A stretch of DNA of 64,000 bases, from contig CAXXQS010000002.1 in the NCBI GenBank assembly GCA_963674735.2, positions 1,664,001-1,728,000 of the forward strand, given 5' to 3'. Shown here in pieces: positions 1-10,853 of the stretch. Every line of letters begins with the position of its first letter. The stretch's first letter is position 1. Position numbers and translations under genes: made by a program. The stretch is from Myxococcota bacterium (GTDB lineage: Bacteria > Myxococcota_A > SURF-8). Below the pieces are notes generated by a model, which was not told the origin of the DNA, ran no database searches, and saw nothing but the letters and a program-made list of their open reading frames with translations.

Positions 1-963
1 GGGGTCGTCGCTTAAATCAAAATCGGGGAGCATCGCATAGACGCTCGGTTCATAGAAAATCACGTGTCCTTTCGATCCGGTTTCGGCTTCCGCTTTTCGA
101 ATGGACGCAATTGCCGATCGATAGAAAGCCGTCAATCCCTCAACGGTTGTGTCGGTTCCGTTGCCCGGCTCATTGATCAGATCATACCCGGCGACCCCGG
201 GTTCGTGGGCGAATTCAGTTGCGATGCGTCCCCAAAGCTCGGCCAATTCATCGCGAATACCGTCCCGATTGGTGTAAAAATTGTCCCAGGCGCGGATGAC
301 CGCCGGACTGTCTTCCCGGCTGCCAGGCGTGCAGGTAGGTTCGTTATCCGTGAAGGTTGCCCATTCGGGAGCGCCATCCCAGCCCTTTTGGTGTTTGGTT
401 CCCTCCGGACAGACTTCATCCGCCGGAGTGAATACGACCTTCGACCAGGCGTCCTGGTGCATGTCGATTACGACGTACATATCGTGGGCATTTGCTTCGG
501 CGATGGCTGCGCGGACTTTTGCCAGGTATTCCTCGTCGAATCGGTCCCGTTCCGGTTCCCAAAACGACCATGACGTCACCAGTCGAATGACATTGATCCC
601 GAAGGAGGCGGCCTCGTCCCAGTCATCCTCTCCTAGCTCGGCCACCGTCGGAAGCGAAGGATGAACCTGGAAGTAGTCACCCAGGTGGTTGAAATTTACG
701 CCGCGCAACAGGACTTGGCGGTCACGTGCATCGAAGATTCCGGGGTGGTCGCCACGTTGGGCCGTCAACCAGGGTAAGGACGTTACCGTTTCCTGGTCGC
801 CATCCGATTCTTTCTCAATCTCCAGGTCCGAATCGGATTCGTCCCCGTCGGTACGGCTGTCTCCATCAAGCGGTTGATCGTCGTTCTCGGACGCATTGGA
901 GCTGCACCCGATGATTAATGCCGCCAACAATATGAAGAGAGGGAGATGTTTTCGAATCCACAT
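1..963 (-). CDS. GH5 glycoside hydrolase lipoprotein (endoglycoceramidase-like); partial, runs off the left edge
   Basis: Not in the ORF track; translated by hand from ATG at 963. It has a lipobox (MWIRKHLPLFILLAALIIGC), an acidic DGD linker, then QVLLRGVNF, NVIRL..SW...EPE, YVVIDMHQDAWS and GYDLINEP (GH5 acid/base NEP motif). Confidence 0.85.
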   Translation of the reverse strand, partial: MWIRKHLPLFILLAALIIGCSSNASENDDQPLDGDSRTDGDESDSDLEIEKESDGDQETVTSLPWLTAQRGDHPGIFDARDRQVLLRGVNFNHLGDYFQVHPSLPTVAELGEDDWDEAASFGINVIRLVTSWSFWEPERDRFDEEYLAKVRAAIAEANAHDMYVVIDMHQDAWSKVVFTPADEVCPEGTKHQKGWDGAPEWATFTDNEPTCTPGSREDSPAVIRAWDNFYTNRDGIRDELAELWGRIATEFAHEPGVAGYDLINEPGNGTDTTVEGLTAFYRSAIASIRKAEAETGSKGHVIFYEPSVYAMLPDFDLSDDP

Positions 964-985
964 CCTTGAAAGTCCTTTATGCGAG

Positions 986-1495
986 TTAACGTTTTTTCTT
1001 CGTTCCGTCGGCTGGGGGCTGGTAACGGTGGAAAGTGGGGAAGACGGCGTTGACATGGTCGCGATAGTGCCGGTAGGTCTTGCCGAAACGACGTTCCAGG
1101 TAAGCGTCTTCCTCGCCGATCAGGCTGCGGAAGATGGTGTACATGGCGATGGGGATCGTTAAGGCAAGCCAGCTTTGGACGAAAAGGGAGAGTGCCGGGA
1201 TGATGAAGATCACGAAGGCGGCGTAGAGCGGATGGCGAAAGCGGCCGTAAACGCTGCGCGTGATCAATTTGTCCTGCTCGTAATCTTCCACAATGGTCGC
1301 AGCGGATAGGACCCACAACGGGATTCCGACCAGTAACAGCAGGACACCCGCATAGACTAGTAAAACGCCGGGAATCAGCGTGATCTTGAACATCGGGTAG
1401 GTCGCGATGTGCAAGCCGATGGCGAGAGCGGCGTAAAAAAGAGTTCCCGCTGCCAGTTTTCCACCGATACCCCAGAGGCTCATGCGTTTGCCCAT
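986..1495 (-). CDS. Isoprenylcysteine carboxyl methyltransferase / PEMT family membrane protein
   Basis: Hydrophobic protein with LITRSVYGRFRHPLY and EEDAYLERRFGKTYRHY, typical ICMT-family motifs. Confidence 0.8.
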   Translation of the reverse strand: MGKRMSLWGIGGKLAAGTLFYAALAIGLHIATYPMFKITLIPGVLLVYAGVLLLLVGIPLWVLSAATIVEDYEQDKLITRSVYGRFRHPLYAAFVIFIIPALSLFVQSWLALTIPIAMYTIFRSLIGEEDAYLERRFGKTYRHYRDHVNAVFPTFHRYQPPADGTKKKR

Positions 1496-1606
1496 CTTGC
1501 CGGTCCTTCCTCCTGCTGTTCATGATTAGGTGTAAGATTGATGATGACTGCTGATTGCCCGGCAGTATACTACATCTTTCGACAATTGGGTTAGGGCAAT
1601 TATAAA

Positions 1607-1635
1607 ACGGGCCGCCCCTGAATGAGACGGCCCGT
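1607..1635 (-). terminator. Intrinsic terminator of the cysteine protease gene
   Basis: ACGGGCCG...CGGCCCGT stem followed on the minus strand by a short T-run, about 30 nt after the stop at 1668. Confidence 0.55.
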
Positions 1636-1667
1636 CGGATATGCCTTAGTCTTGTGCGAAAAAACGA

Positions 1668-3614
1668 CTACCAGGAGGGGAGAATGTTCAATTCGTCCCC
1701 TGGGGCGAATACCGAGCAGGCATCGGCGAAACTGCCGGTGCACAATCCCAGCTTGCTGGGATTGAGAGAGCCGACGTTGACTCCCATGGCCTTGATGTCG
1801 GTTCCATCCAGGGAGAGGCGAATCGGTTCGGTGCGTGTGCCGTTTTCCTTTTTCATGCGGAAAAACGTTTTGGGGTTGCTCACGACCCAAGTCAGATCAT
1901 CGGGCTGGTAAACCTCGACACCGTAGTCGCCGAAGGGAATATCGAAACCGGACCAGCTGCCGTCGGGTAGCTCTTCGTCGTCCACCAGCCGATTGTCGGG
2001 GAAGGGGAATTCGATGTAGATCTTGTTTTCTTCGGTCGAGAAACGTAGCGAGCAAATGAGGTCGTATTCACCCGAACACAAGTACAACACCCCGTCGTCG
2101 ATCTGGCCCACTCGGTCGTTGTCGTAGAGCAAACGACCGGTTTTTTTGCTGTCTTTTACGAGCTCGACCGGGTTGGTGATGTTGGAGCTTTCGCGGATGA
2201 TGACGCGCACGAATACCTTGTCGCCGTCTTCGGCGTAGGCGGAGCGATAGTAGCTTTCGCCGGGGCCGAACAGTCGGATCTCATTCCAGGTCAGGTTTTC
2301 GTAGGGGTCGGGCTCGGGCAGATTGTCGATTTCATCTTCCACTTCGTCGTCGGACTTATCGGTATCGGCATTGGGGTCTTCCTCCGATTCGTCCGGAGTG
2401 TCCGGGGCGCTTTCGTCTTCGGCTTCGTCGTTATTGGGAAGTTCATCGGCTTCCTGCAGGTCTTCGCGCAGCATGACGCTCATAACCATGGGGTGGGTGA
2501 GCTGGTAACCGAAGGTCCACTGCTCCATCCATTTCAGCGTCATGCAGGAGAAACCGTTGACTCCCCAGCCGGTGCCCCAGGAATTCTTGATAACGAAGCA
2601 CATTCCGCCTTCGTCGGCCATGTTGTTCAGCTTTTTGTATCCGACGATCAGATAGGCGTGACCGGCCGCGTGACTGGTGTCGCCGGTGTGACCCGAGTCG
2701 GCGTAGGTGATCAAGCCGTCGTTGCGTTCCCAGTTGGACGACAACGGCGAAGCGAAAGGCACCGGCAGCTTGGTTTCGTGCAACGCCTTGATGATCTGGT
2801 CGGCGCCTTTGACATATTGCAACTGGGCGACTTTGACCGCGCCGGTGGAGCAGGAGCCGATTTGCGGAGTCTGCAGATCGTTGTCGCCACGTTGGGAATT
2901 ATACGGGCAATCGGCTTCCAGCGGGATGTCGAGGTCCGATGCTTCCAAGCTGCCCTCCATTCCCGTGCCGTACCAGCTTCCTTCCTCGTTGAGTGAGCAG
3001 CCCGAGCTATGGCATTCCGGCTTGCTTAGATAGTAGAAGCGTTGTTCGGACAAATCCATGGTGGGCAAGCTGCCGAAGGATTTCAGAGTGGCATATTCGA
3101 TCTGGGCGACACCGGTGAAGGCGGCGCAGGTGCCGCGGCGGCCCTGATTGCGGACTGGAATGGCGTCGAGGTGGTCGACGTAAAATTCGCTCTGCAGCTC
3201 GGACAAATTAACCTTGAAGCGCGCCTTGCGTGCGGCGTCGTCCAAGGGTTCCGAAGAATCGGCGAAGATGGAGAAATCGACACGCTCGAAATCGTCGGTG
3301 GCAATGTTTTTGCGCGGTTTGGTGGTTTTTTTGAGGATTCTCATCAAACCGTCATCCGGTTCGACCCGGCTTGAATCGGTACTTTTCGAGCGCACTTCGC
3401 CCGGACGCAATTTAGCGGACAGGTAGTCGTCCACCGCCCAATCCATGATCTGGCGGATCGATTCCACATCCGTCGGTGGAGCCATCGAAAGATCCTTGCG
3501 AATGTAATCGAAGGCCGAATCGCCGGTTAACTCCACTTCGCCCGAGTCGGAACAGCCCGCCAGGCCGATGGCCGACAGTAGGACGATGATGAGCAGATGA
3601 GCGATGCGTGACAT
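1668..3614 (-). CDS. Papain-like (C1A) cysteine protease lipoprotein with acidic linker and C-terminal domain
   Basis: Lipobox LAGC; catalytic Gln/Cys (NQGRRGTCAAF), His (AGHAYLIVGY) and Asn (IKNSWG) motifs; also DLSEQ. Confidence 0.9.
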   Translation of the reverse strand: MSRIAHLLIIVLLSAIGLAGCSDSGEVELTGDSAFDYIRKDLSMAPPTDVESIRQIMDWAVDDYLSAKLRPGEVRSKSTDSSRVEPDDGLMRILKKTTKPRKNIATDDFERVDFSIFADSSEPLDDAARKARFKVNLSELQSEFYVDHLDAIPVRNQGRRGTCAAFTGVAQIEYATLKSFGSLPTMDLSEQRFYYLSKPECHSSGCSLNEEGSWYGTGMEGSLEASDLDIPLEADCPYNSQRGDNDLQTPQIGSCSTGAVKVAQLQYVKGADQIIKALHETKLPVPFASPLSSNWERNDGLITYADSGHTGDTSHAAGHAYLIVGYKKLNNMADEGGMCFVIKNSWGTGWGVNGFSCMTLKWMEQWTFGYQLTHPMVMSVMLREDLQEADELPNNDEAEDESAPDTPDESEEDPNADTDKSDDEVEDEIDNLPEPDPYENLTWNEIRLFGPGESYYRSAYAEDGDKVFVRVIIRESSNITNPVELVKDSKKTGRLLYDNDRVGQIDDGVLYLCSGEYDLICSLRFSTEENKIYIEFPFPDNRLVDDEELPDGSWSGFDIPFGDYGVEVYQPDDLTWVVSNPKTFFRMKKENGTRTEPIRLSLDGTDIKAMGVNVGSLNPSKLGLCTGSFADACSVFAPGDELNILPSW

Positions 3615-3800
3615 GCAAACCCCCTTGTGATTTTGGGTTCATACCCCTTGTTTCGATCTATCGATCAATTGATAGAGAACATTGTAATGCGTCCAATTCC
3701 CTCTGGCAAGCCGCTTTCGCCCGAAAGCCGTGTATTCTCCGTTGAGATTTCCCCGTGACTTTGCTAAGGTGGCTTCGCAGAACACGCAGGAGGATGCGGC

Positions 3801-4538
3801 ATGATCCAGATGTTTCACGTCGCCAAAGCATATCAAGCGGATAAGCCCGTGTTATTCGATGTTACTTTGCAGGTGGAAAAAGGCGAATTCGTCTACCTGA
3901 CCGGTCCGTCCGGTGCGGGCAAGACCACACTTCTCAAGTTGATTTTCTGCGAAATCGAGCCCAATTCCGGGCAGGTGTTGGTGATGGGACGCAATGTCTC
4001 ACGTTTATCGATTCCCTCCATTCCCTTTTTACGTCGGAAAATCGGGGTTGTTTTCCAGGACTTCCGTCTGCTGCCGCGCCGCACGGTTTTCCAAAATGTG
4101 GCGGTGACGTTGGAAGTGCTCAACCGGCCGCGCCGGGATATCGATCGCCGCGTGCACGTGATGTTGAAGCGCGTGGGGCTTTCCCATCGGGCTCGGGCCT
4201 ATCCCGAACAATTATCCGGCGGCGAACAGCAGCGGGTGGCGGTGGCGCGCGCCCTGATCAACGAACCGCCGATTCTGTTGGCCGACGAACCCACCGGCAA
4301 CCTCGACGAAGATACCACCCGCGATATCATGGACTTGTTTTTCGATGCCAATGCCCGTGGAACGACGGTGTTGTTGGCGACCCATGACCGGCGTCTGTTC
4401 GACAAAACCGGTCGCCGGGTGGTGCGGCTGGAAGGGGGACGGGCGGTGTTCGATTCGGAAATCAAGCTCGAACAGGCCGAGGCCCAGGCGCAGGCGGCGC
4501 TTTCGAGTGCCGGGTTTCGGCGTGGGGGTGGCGCATGA
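3801..4538 (+). CDS. ftsE: Cell division ATP-binding protein FtsE
   Basis: [44 protein letters not shown]; overlaps ftsX. Confidence 0.95.
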   Translation: MIQMFHVAKAYQADKPVLFDVTLQVEKGEFVYLTGPSGAGKTTLLKLIFCEIEPNSGQVLVMGRNVSRLSIPSIPFLRRKIGVVFQDFRLLPRRTVFQNVAVTLEVLNRPRRDIDRRVHVMLKRVGLSHRARAYPEQLSGGEQQRVAVARALINEPPILLADEPTGNLDEDTTRDIMDLFFDANARGTTVLLATHDRRLFDKTGRRVVRLEGGRAVFDSEIKLEQAEAQAQAALSSAGFRRGGGA

Positions 4539-5434
4539 TCCGGCTGGCTCGCTATTTCATGGCCCGTGCGCTGGAATCCATGCGGCGCTCGTTTTGGCTG
4601 GTGGCGGCCACGGTGGGGATGCTGGTCGTGATTCTGTTACTGTTCAACGTCTTCCTGATGGTCGCGATCAATGTCAATGCCCTGACCGACCGCTGGGTGG
4701 GGGCGGTACGCATGATCGTCTTCCTCGATCCGGTCGTCAATCCGGCCGAAGCACAGGATCTGGCGTTGGAATTGCGCAAACGGCCCGAAGTTCTGAATGC
4801 CTTTTATGTGACTCAACAGGATGCTACCGCACGTTTTTTAGCTGATTTTCCGTCTGATAAGGACATTTTGGAGGGTTTGCCTCAGAATCCTTTGCCGGCT
4901 TCATTGGAGTTGGAGTTGTCACCGACCGCCATGAATCTCGATGATCTTTCCCGCTTGGCAGAGGAGTTGAGCGCCCGTCCCGAAGTGGACGAGGCGGTGT
5001 TTGGACGGGAGCTTTTCGCAAAGCTGTCGGCTCTGGTGGGTCTCTTAAAACTGATCGGGGGTATTTTCGGGCTGGCGCTGGCGGTGGCGGTTTTATTTTT
5101 AAGCGCCAACACCATTCGTCTGAACCTTTACGCTCGTCGTGAAGAGATCGAAGTGATGCAAAATGTGGGGGCCACGCGCTGGTTTATCCGCTGGCCCTAC
5201 CTTATCGAAGGCCTGATCCAGGGTGCCGGGGGCGCGCTTTGCTCGCTTCTGCTCGCCTATGGTCTGTTCCGTCTGACCCTGCAACCGCTGACCGAGGCGC
5301 TGTTGGGGCCGCTGGGTCATGTGAATCTGGGCTTTTTGTCGCTTCCGGTAATGGTGACGCTCGTCCTTGCGGGTATGGCGCTGGGCGCGGGCGGAAGCAT
5401 GGTTGCGCTGGGGCGTTTCTGGAGGTCGATGTGA
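4535..5434 (+). CDS. ftsX: Cell division permease FtsX
   Basis: [13 protein letters not shown]...[23 protein letters not shown]; four TM segments; follows ftsE. Confidence 0.93.
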   Translation: MIRLARYFMARALESMRRSFWLVAATVGMLVVILLLFNVFLMVAINVNALTDRWVGAVRMIVFLDPVVNPAEAQDLALELRKRPEVLNAFYVTQQDATARFLADFPSDKDILEGLPQNPLPASLELELSPTAMNLDDLSRLAEELSARPEVDEAVFGRELFAKLSALVGLLKLIGGIFGLALAVAVLFLSANTIRLNLYARREEIEVMQNVGATRWFIRWPYLIEGLIQGAGGALCSLLLAYGLFRLTLQPLTEALLGPLGHVNLGFLSLPVMVTLVLAGMALGAGGSMVALGRFWRSM

Positions 5435-6510
5435 TGCAATTGCGGGGCCTCGAATGGATGGTCGGGCTGCTGGCCGTCATTCAGGTGCTGCTTCTGCCGC
5501 TGGGGGCCGCCGCCGAAACGGAATCTTCGATTCTGGAACAACTGGACAAACTGGAAGAACAGCTCGAAACCCACCGTAAAAACGCCGATAATCTGGATAA
5601 ACGCCGCAAGGCGCTGGATGCCAAATTGGAAGAATCGCTGGCTTTGGCGCTTGAGGCCGAAGCGGCGGCTAAACTGCAGTTCGACCTATTGGCGCAGCGG
5701 ATGGGTGAAGGTTATAAGCTGGCACGCGCGGCCAAGTGGGAATACCTGCTTTCCAGCCGGGATTTCTCGGATTTCGTTCTGCGACGCGAATATCTCATGC
5801 GTGTGTTGCACGAAGATCGGCGCCTGTTCGACCGGCACGCCTCATCGTTCAAGGAAATTCTTGCACGACGGCGGCGGATCGAATCGGAAAAAGTCGAACT
5901 GGATACAATCATCGCTTCGCAAAAGAACGAAAAGAAGGCCCTGACCGAGCAGGTGCTAAAGAAAAAAGCTTTCCTGGATAAGATCGTCAGCGAAGACCGG
6001 CTGCGCAAGCAGGCCGAACATGAAGTGGCTGAGGCCAAACGCAAACTGAACCGGCGCGTGGCTTCACTGGAAGGGAAGCCACGGGCGAATGCCGGACCGG
6101 CGGGCAAGTTTGCCGAGCGTAAAGGGAACATGCCTTGCCCGGTCAAAGGGCGTATCGAGATCGGCTTCGGCGAGGAAATCAGGGGATCCGCCAAGCGGTT
6201 TCACGGGGGATGGGATCTGGCCAGCCCGGCCGGGACGTCGATTCGGGCTCCGGCGGCGGGCAAAGTGGTATTTGCCGGACGTTTCAGGGGCTTTGGTAAT
6301 CTGTTGATCCTGGACCACGGCGATAAATATTATTCGCTATACGGGCATTTGCGGGAAATCAACAAGGCCGCCGGGCAACAGCTGCGAGCCGGAGAAATCA
6401 TTGGCGCCGTGGGCGACAGTGGATCGCTGAAAGGCGCGTTTTTGTATTTCGAGTTGCGGCATAGAGGCAAGCCGCTTGATCCGACCGGATGGTTTGCCTG
6501 TCGACCGTAA
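5434..6510 (+). CDS. envC: Murein hydrolase activator EnvC / M23 family
   Basis: Signal peptide, long coiled coil and C-terminal M23 domain (HGGWD, YSLYGHL, LYFELR). Start moved to the ATG overlapping the ftsX stop. Confidence 0.85.
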   Translation: MQLRGLEWMVGLLAVIQVLLLPLGAAAETESSILEQLDKLEEQLETHRKNADNLDKRRKALDAKLEESLALALEAEAAAKLQFDLLAQRMGEGYKLARAAKWEYLLSSRDFSDFVLRREYLMRVLHEDRRLFDRHASSFKEILARRRRIESEKVELDTIIASQKNEKKALTEQVLKKKAFLDKIVSEDRLRKQAEHEVAEAKRKLNRRVASLEGKPRANAGPAGKFAERKGNMPCPVKGRIEIGFGEEIRGSAKRFHGGWDLASPAGTSIRAPAAGKVVFAGRFRGFGNLLILDHGDKYYSLYGHLREINKAAGQQLRAGEIIGAVGDSGSLKGAFLYFELRHRGKPLDPTGWFACRP

Positions 6511-6696
6511 TTAAGCAGCCGGAAAATGATGTTTGAGAGTATAGTTTTTTGTCAATTGGCCGATTAACCGAGATACCCCCAAAAAACTTGATATAATAGG
6601 GGGTCGGGTGATACGATATTAGGGGAAGAGAAAGAATATGGGGATTGACGGAAACAGGCAAGACGGGGAAACACCGGCCTGTTGAAGGAGAATCAG

Positions 6697-7065
6697 ATGA
6701 GTTCGCCAGAGCAGAGAATCGCATCCCGCGTCAGCTTGAAGGTGGAAATCGACATTCACACCGAGACCAATTTCTATACCGGGTTTTCCGTCAATATTTC
6801 GACTGGCGGTATTTTCGTTGCGACACATGTTCCCGCCAAGGTTGGAGAGGAAATTCCGCTTTCGTTCAAACTGCCCAATCGCGACGAGGCCATTGAAGCT
6901 GTCGGCTATGTCTGCTGGTACCGGGAGTACAACCCCCTTTACCCCGACACCCACCCAGGCATGGGATTGCGCTTCAGGGGCTTGAATGAGGAAGATGCCA
7001 AAACCATCAACGACTATATTCAGCATTTCCGTGAGCCGTATTTCCACCCGGAAGATGACGAGTAG
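6697..7065 (+). CDS. PilZ domain protein, TIGR02266 (Myxococcales-type)
   Basis: RxxxR (RIASR), NFYTGFSVNISTGGIFVAT and PGMGLRF; RBS AAGGAG. Confidence 0.85.
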   Translation: MSSPEQRIASRVSLKVEIDIHTETNFYTGFSVNISTGGIFVATHVPAKVGEEIPLSFKLPNRDEAIEAVGYVCWYREYNPLYPDTHPGMGLRFRGLNEEDAKTINDYIQHFREPYFHPEDDE

Positions 7066-7100
7066 GCTTCGCGCCTGAAGCCGGATGCGGGAGAGAAACC

Positions 7101-7433
7101 ATGTGCGCCGTACAAAATAAACGCAAGCATACCAGAAAGCGGGCAGTAGGGAGAGTGTGGTTTCATTTTCCGGGACGCGAGCGGGTTAAGGCGGCCTTGG
7201 TGGATGTGTCTCAAGGCGGTTTCTGTGCACACATTCCCCAAAAGCTGGAACCGGATCGTGAAATTCAGGTTCAGCTTCATCTGGAAGCGGTTGAGCAGCC
7301 TATCCACGCCCGTGCGGTTTCCCGTTGGACGCGGGGAGAGGAAGAATATCTGGATTCCGGGTTGCAGTTTGTCGACATCAATCCGGAAGATCAGGATATC
7401 CTCAACGAATTCATGCTTCTTGATCCAGATTAG
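7101..7433 (+). CDS. PilZ domain protein
   Basis: c-di-GMP motifs RKHTR and DVSQGG; C-terminal GLQF. Confidence 0.8.
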   Translation: MCAVQNKRKHTRKRAVGRVWFHFPGRERVKAALVDVSQGGFCAHIPQKLEPDREIQVQLHLEAVEQPIHARAVSRWTRGEEEYLDSGLQFVDINPEDQDILNEFMLLDPD

Positions 7434-7721
7434 ACCGGTGATGGATAGGTTCGGCAGGGTGAATCCCTGCTTTTTCACTCCCTTTGAGAGTGAAAATACC
7501 ATTTTTATCAATCACCGGGATTGTCTTGAGCGTCATTCTTGTCTATATAAGTTGGGAGGTCTTGCCTGATTTCGATTTGGGCAAGTGTGAGGCCGCCTAT
7601 CGCTCGGTGGTTGAAAAGAGCTTGTTTTGTTTCGACCGTTGTGATCGGATGAGCGTATATCGGATGATTTTATCAAACGTGCCCTGCATGGCAGGTCTGT
7701 AGATTGGGAATCGTAGGCAAA

Positions 7722-10700
7722 ATGAAGAAACTAAAGCTGCTTATCTTATCCGTGCTGGCGCTTGTCATCCTCGGTGTTCTGGTTTTGCGGGCGGATTGGG
7801 TCGAGAAGATCGATGCCCCGAGTTTCAGTGTTGCCCCGGCCGTGGCCAAGGCCAATCCCAATCCGGACTATGACCTCTCCAGTATCGTGGTCATGACGCG
7901 CGTGATCAGTTATATCAAGAACTACTATTACGATCCCGGCCTTGTCGATCCGCAGAAAATGTTCAAGGGCGCACTGGAAGAAGTGGCGCGTTTTGTTCCC
8001 GCCGTCATGGTGGATTTCAATGACGAGACCCAGAGTGTTTTAGTGCAGATGGATACCGAGCAGAAGGTTTATCCCTATGCCGACATCGATTCGGTTTGGA
8101 AAATCCAATATCGCATGGCGGACATTTTGCGCTTTTTGCAGCCGCATTTGGATCGCGATATCGATCCCAAGGACATCGAATACGCCGCTATCAACGGAAT
8201 GCTGAGCACCCTCGATCCGCATAGTGTGCATCTGTCGCCCCGCATTTACAAAGAGTTGAGGTTGTCCACGGTCGGGAACTTCGGCGGGTTGGGCATTCAG
8301 ATCGGCATTCGCGAGGGCCGGTTGACGATCGTCGCTCCCATCAAAGGCACTCCCGCTTGGCGTGCCGGGTTGAAAGCCGACGATGTGATCGAGAAAATCG
8401 ACGGTCAGTCCTCGATCAATATGTCGCTGGACGAGGCCGTGCAATTGATGCGCGGGAAGAAAGGGACTCCCTGCATTCTGACGATCATGCGCAAGGGTTT
8501 CGCTCAATCGAAAGACTACAATATCGTACGCGATATCATCAAGATACGCTCGGTGCTGTCGGAGCTTCTGCCCGGCAACATCGGCTATATCCAGGTAAAG
8601 AATTTCCAGGGTAACACGGTCAGCGATTTCAAAGACCAGTTGTCCGAGATGCGCAGGCATGGAAGCCTGCGCGGGTTGATTCTCGATCTGCGCGGCAACC
8701 CCGGCGGGCTGTTGGAAGCCGCCGTCAAAATGTCCGATCTGTTCCTCGATTCCGGCGTGATCGTAACGACGGTTGGAGCCGGAAACGAACCGCTCGACAT
8801 GAGCGAGGCGTCCTTTATCGGTACTGAGTCCAAATATCCGATTACCGTACTGATCGGTTCCAGTTCGGCTTCGGCGTCCGAAATCGTGGCGGGAGCCCTG
8901 CGCAACAACAATCGGGCCATCCTGATCGGCGATCGGACCTTCGGTAAAGGATCGGTGCAGGTGCTCTACGATATGGATGATGATTCGGCTCTCAAGCTGA
9001 CGGTGGCGCAATACCTCACCCCCGGCAATGTTTCGATTCAATCGGTGGGGATCGTGCCGGACATCGAGTTGACGCCCGTGCGAATCACCGAGGATTTCAT
9101 CGATTTCTATTCCTCCGACCGCATGCGGCGTGAAAAGGATCTCGACCGCCATCTGATGCACGCGTCGGTGATGCAGGATAAATCTTTTGAAACCCTGCGC
9201 TACCTGTACGATGAGAAGCGTGATGAAGTCGATGTCGATGCCCCGCCCGATACCGTCAACACCAATGATTTCACCATCCAATTGGCTCAGAAGGTCTTGC
9301 GCAAGGTCGGCAGCATCAGCCGCCGCGAGATCATCCTGCAGCGTTCGTTGGATGTTCTGAAAGACATGGAGAAGCAGGAAGAAGCCAAGATGATCCGTGA
9401 GTTCAAAAAACTCGGGATCGACTGGACGCTCCAAAAGAGCGACGCACCAAGCACCGCCACCGTGACGGCTTCCTTCAACCAACCGCTGCCTCTCGAAGCC
9501 GGGGCGGAAGTCGAAATGGTTTTAAAAGTAGCCAATACCGGCCGGAAACCGTTGGTGCGGCTCCGGGCGATTACGGATTCCGACAGCTATATTTTCGACG
9601 GGGTGGAGTTTTTCTTCGGCTTGATCAAACCAGGGCATCAAAAGGAATACAAAGCCAAAGTCACGCTGCCCAAAGATATGGATGATCGTTCCGACGACGT
9701 GGTCTTCACCTTCAGCGAAGCAAATGGACATGCGCCCGATAGTCTGGTTCAGCGGGTAGACGTCAAGGGCCTCAAACGGCCGGTTTTCGCCTACACCTTC
9801 CAGGTTGACGATCACCGGGGTAACGGGGATGGTCTGCTCCAAAAAGGGGAAGAGATCGATCTGCGGCTCGACGTTGAGAATATCGGAGAAGGACCGGCTC
9901 TCGAAGGTCTTGCCATGTTGAAGAACAGCGATAACATCAAAGCCGTATTCATCGAAAAAGGTCGGGAGGAATTTAAAAACCTGAAGCCCGGCGAACGCAA
10001 GTCCATCGCTTTTAAGTTCAAGATCCAGGCGGATTTGAAAGAGCAGAACTTCCCGATGGAAATCACCATCATGGATACCGATCTGCGCGAATTCGTTTCA
10101 GAATCGGTGACCTTGCACGTGCAGCCTGCGCTTTCGTTAACTCCGGTTCCGGCGGGGCGCGTGGTTAAACTGACGGCGGGAACCACGGTATTCGGGTCGC
10201 CCGATGAGCGTTTACCCGAAATTGCGACGATTGGGAAGGATTTGGCGGTTGCCGCTTCGGCTTTGTCCGGACGCTGGGTCCGTATCGGTCTGCAAAATGA
10301 TCGGATTGGCTGGGTGTTGGGAACCGATGCCTTCCAACCTCAGGCGGGAAAGGCGGCTTCGCCGGTCTTGAGCATGAGCCATCGTAGTCCGCAGGTTACG
10401 ATCGAAAACGGACCGGAGTTGCACTATACCCACAAAGATCGTCTCATTTTGAAGGGGATCGCGCGTGATGACAACAACGTGCAGGATCTTTACATTTTGA
10501 GCAACGGGAAAAAAGTCTACTTCAAGTCGAACAAAATCGGCAGCGATCCGCTATCGATGGCATTCATGACGGATATCGAGTTGGAGGAAGGGAACAACCG
10601 TATCGTGATCGTTGCGCGGGAAAGCGATGATTTCGTCGGCCGCAAGTTCCTGAATGTGTATCGCGTCAAGAAGCCGGAGACGACGGTCAGCCAGGCTGGA

Positions 10701-10724
10701 GATGCCGCGATTTCGCCGAAATAA
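7722..10724 (+). CDS. S41 C-terminal processing protease with long C-terminal Ig/SH3-like extension (MXAN_5808 family-like)
   Basis: LDPHS, PDZ GGLGI, LDLRGNPGGLL, SASASEIVAGAL and TFGKGSVQ, then about 450 aa of extra beta-rich domains. Confidence 0.88.
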   Translation: MKKLKLLILSVLALVILGVLVLRADWVEKIDAPSFSVAPAVAKANPNPDYDLSSIVVMTRVISYIKNYYYDPGLVDPQKMFKGALEEVARFVPAVMVDFNDETQSVLVQMDTEQKVYPYADIDSVWKIQYRMADILRFLQPHLDRDIDPKDIEYAAINGMLSTLDPHSVHLSPRIYKELRLSTVGNFGGLGIQIGIREGRLTIVAPIKGTPAWRAGLKADDVIEKIDGQSSINMSLDEAVQLMRGKKGTPCILTIMRKGFAQSKDYNIVRDIIKIRSVLSELLPGNIGYIQVKNFQGNTVSDFKDQLSEMRRHGSLRGLILDLRGNPGGLLEAAVKMSDLFLDSGVIVTTVGAGNEPLDMSEASFIGTESKYPITVLIGSSSASASEIVAGALRNNNRAILIGDRTFGKGSVQVLYDMDDDSALKLTVAQYLTPGNVSIQSVGIVPDIELTPVRITEDFIDFYSSDRMRREKDLDRHLMHASVMQDKSFETLRYLYDEKRDEVDVDAPPDTVNTNDFTIQLAQKVLRKVGSISRREIILQRSLDVLKDMEKQEEAKMIREFKKLGIDWTLQKSDAPSTATVTASFNQPLPLEAGAEVEMVLKVANTGRKPLVRLRAITDSDSYIFDGVEFFFGLIKPGHQKEYKAKVTLPKDMDDRSDDVVFTFSEANGHAPDSLVQRVDVKGLKRPVFAYTFQVDDHRGNGDGLLQKGEEIDLRLDVENIGEGPALEGLAMLKNSDNIKAVFIEKGREEFKNLKPGERKSIAFKFKIQADLKEQNFPMEITIMDTDLREFVSESVTLHVQPALSLTPVPAGRVVKLTAGTTVFGSPDERLPEIATIGKDLAVAASALSGRWVRIGLQNDRIGWVLGTDAFQPQAGKAASPVLSMSHRSPQVTIENGPELHYTHKDRLILKGIARDDNNVQDLYILSNGKKVYFKSNKIGSDPLSMAFMTDIELEEGNNRIVIVARESDDFVGRKFLNVYRVKKPETTVSQAGDAAISPK

Positions 10725-10853
10725 AAAAAAACGTAGGCAGATCCCCAAAAATATGATATCAGCAGCAGCGCGGTTTCGTTCGGCCGAGATCGGCCCGACC
10801 GTGAATATGCCGACGAAACGGGAAATCCGTTTGTAAGAATCGAGGAGTGAACG

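Noticed and set aside
5239-5433. N-terminal extension of envC given by the ORF track
   Set aside because: It overlaps ftsX; the ATG at 5434 gives a proper signal peptide.
7434-7721. Short ORF 7484-7702 or a c-di-GMP riboswitch after the PilZ genes
   Set aside because: No convincing RBS or motif, and no GEMM consensus recognised; treated as promoter-containing intergenic DNA.
8040-9482. 480-aa antisense ORF
   Set aside because: It is the shadow frame of the S41 protease gene, has no motifs, and is typical of GC-rich coding DNA.
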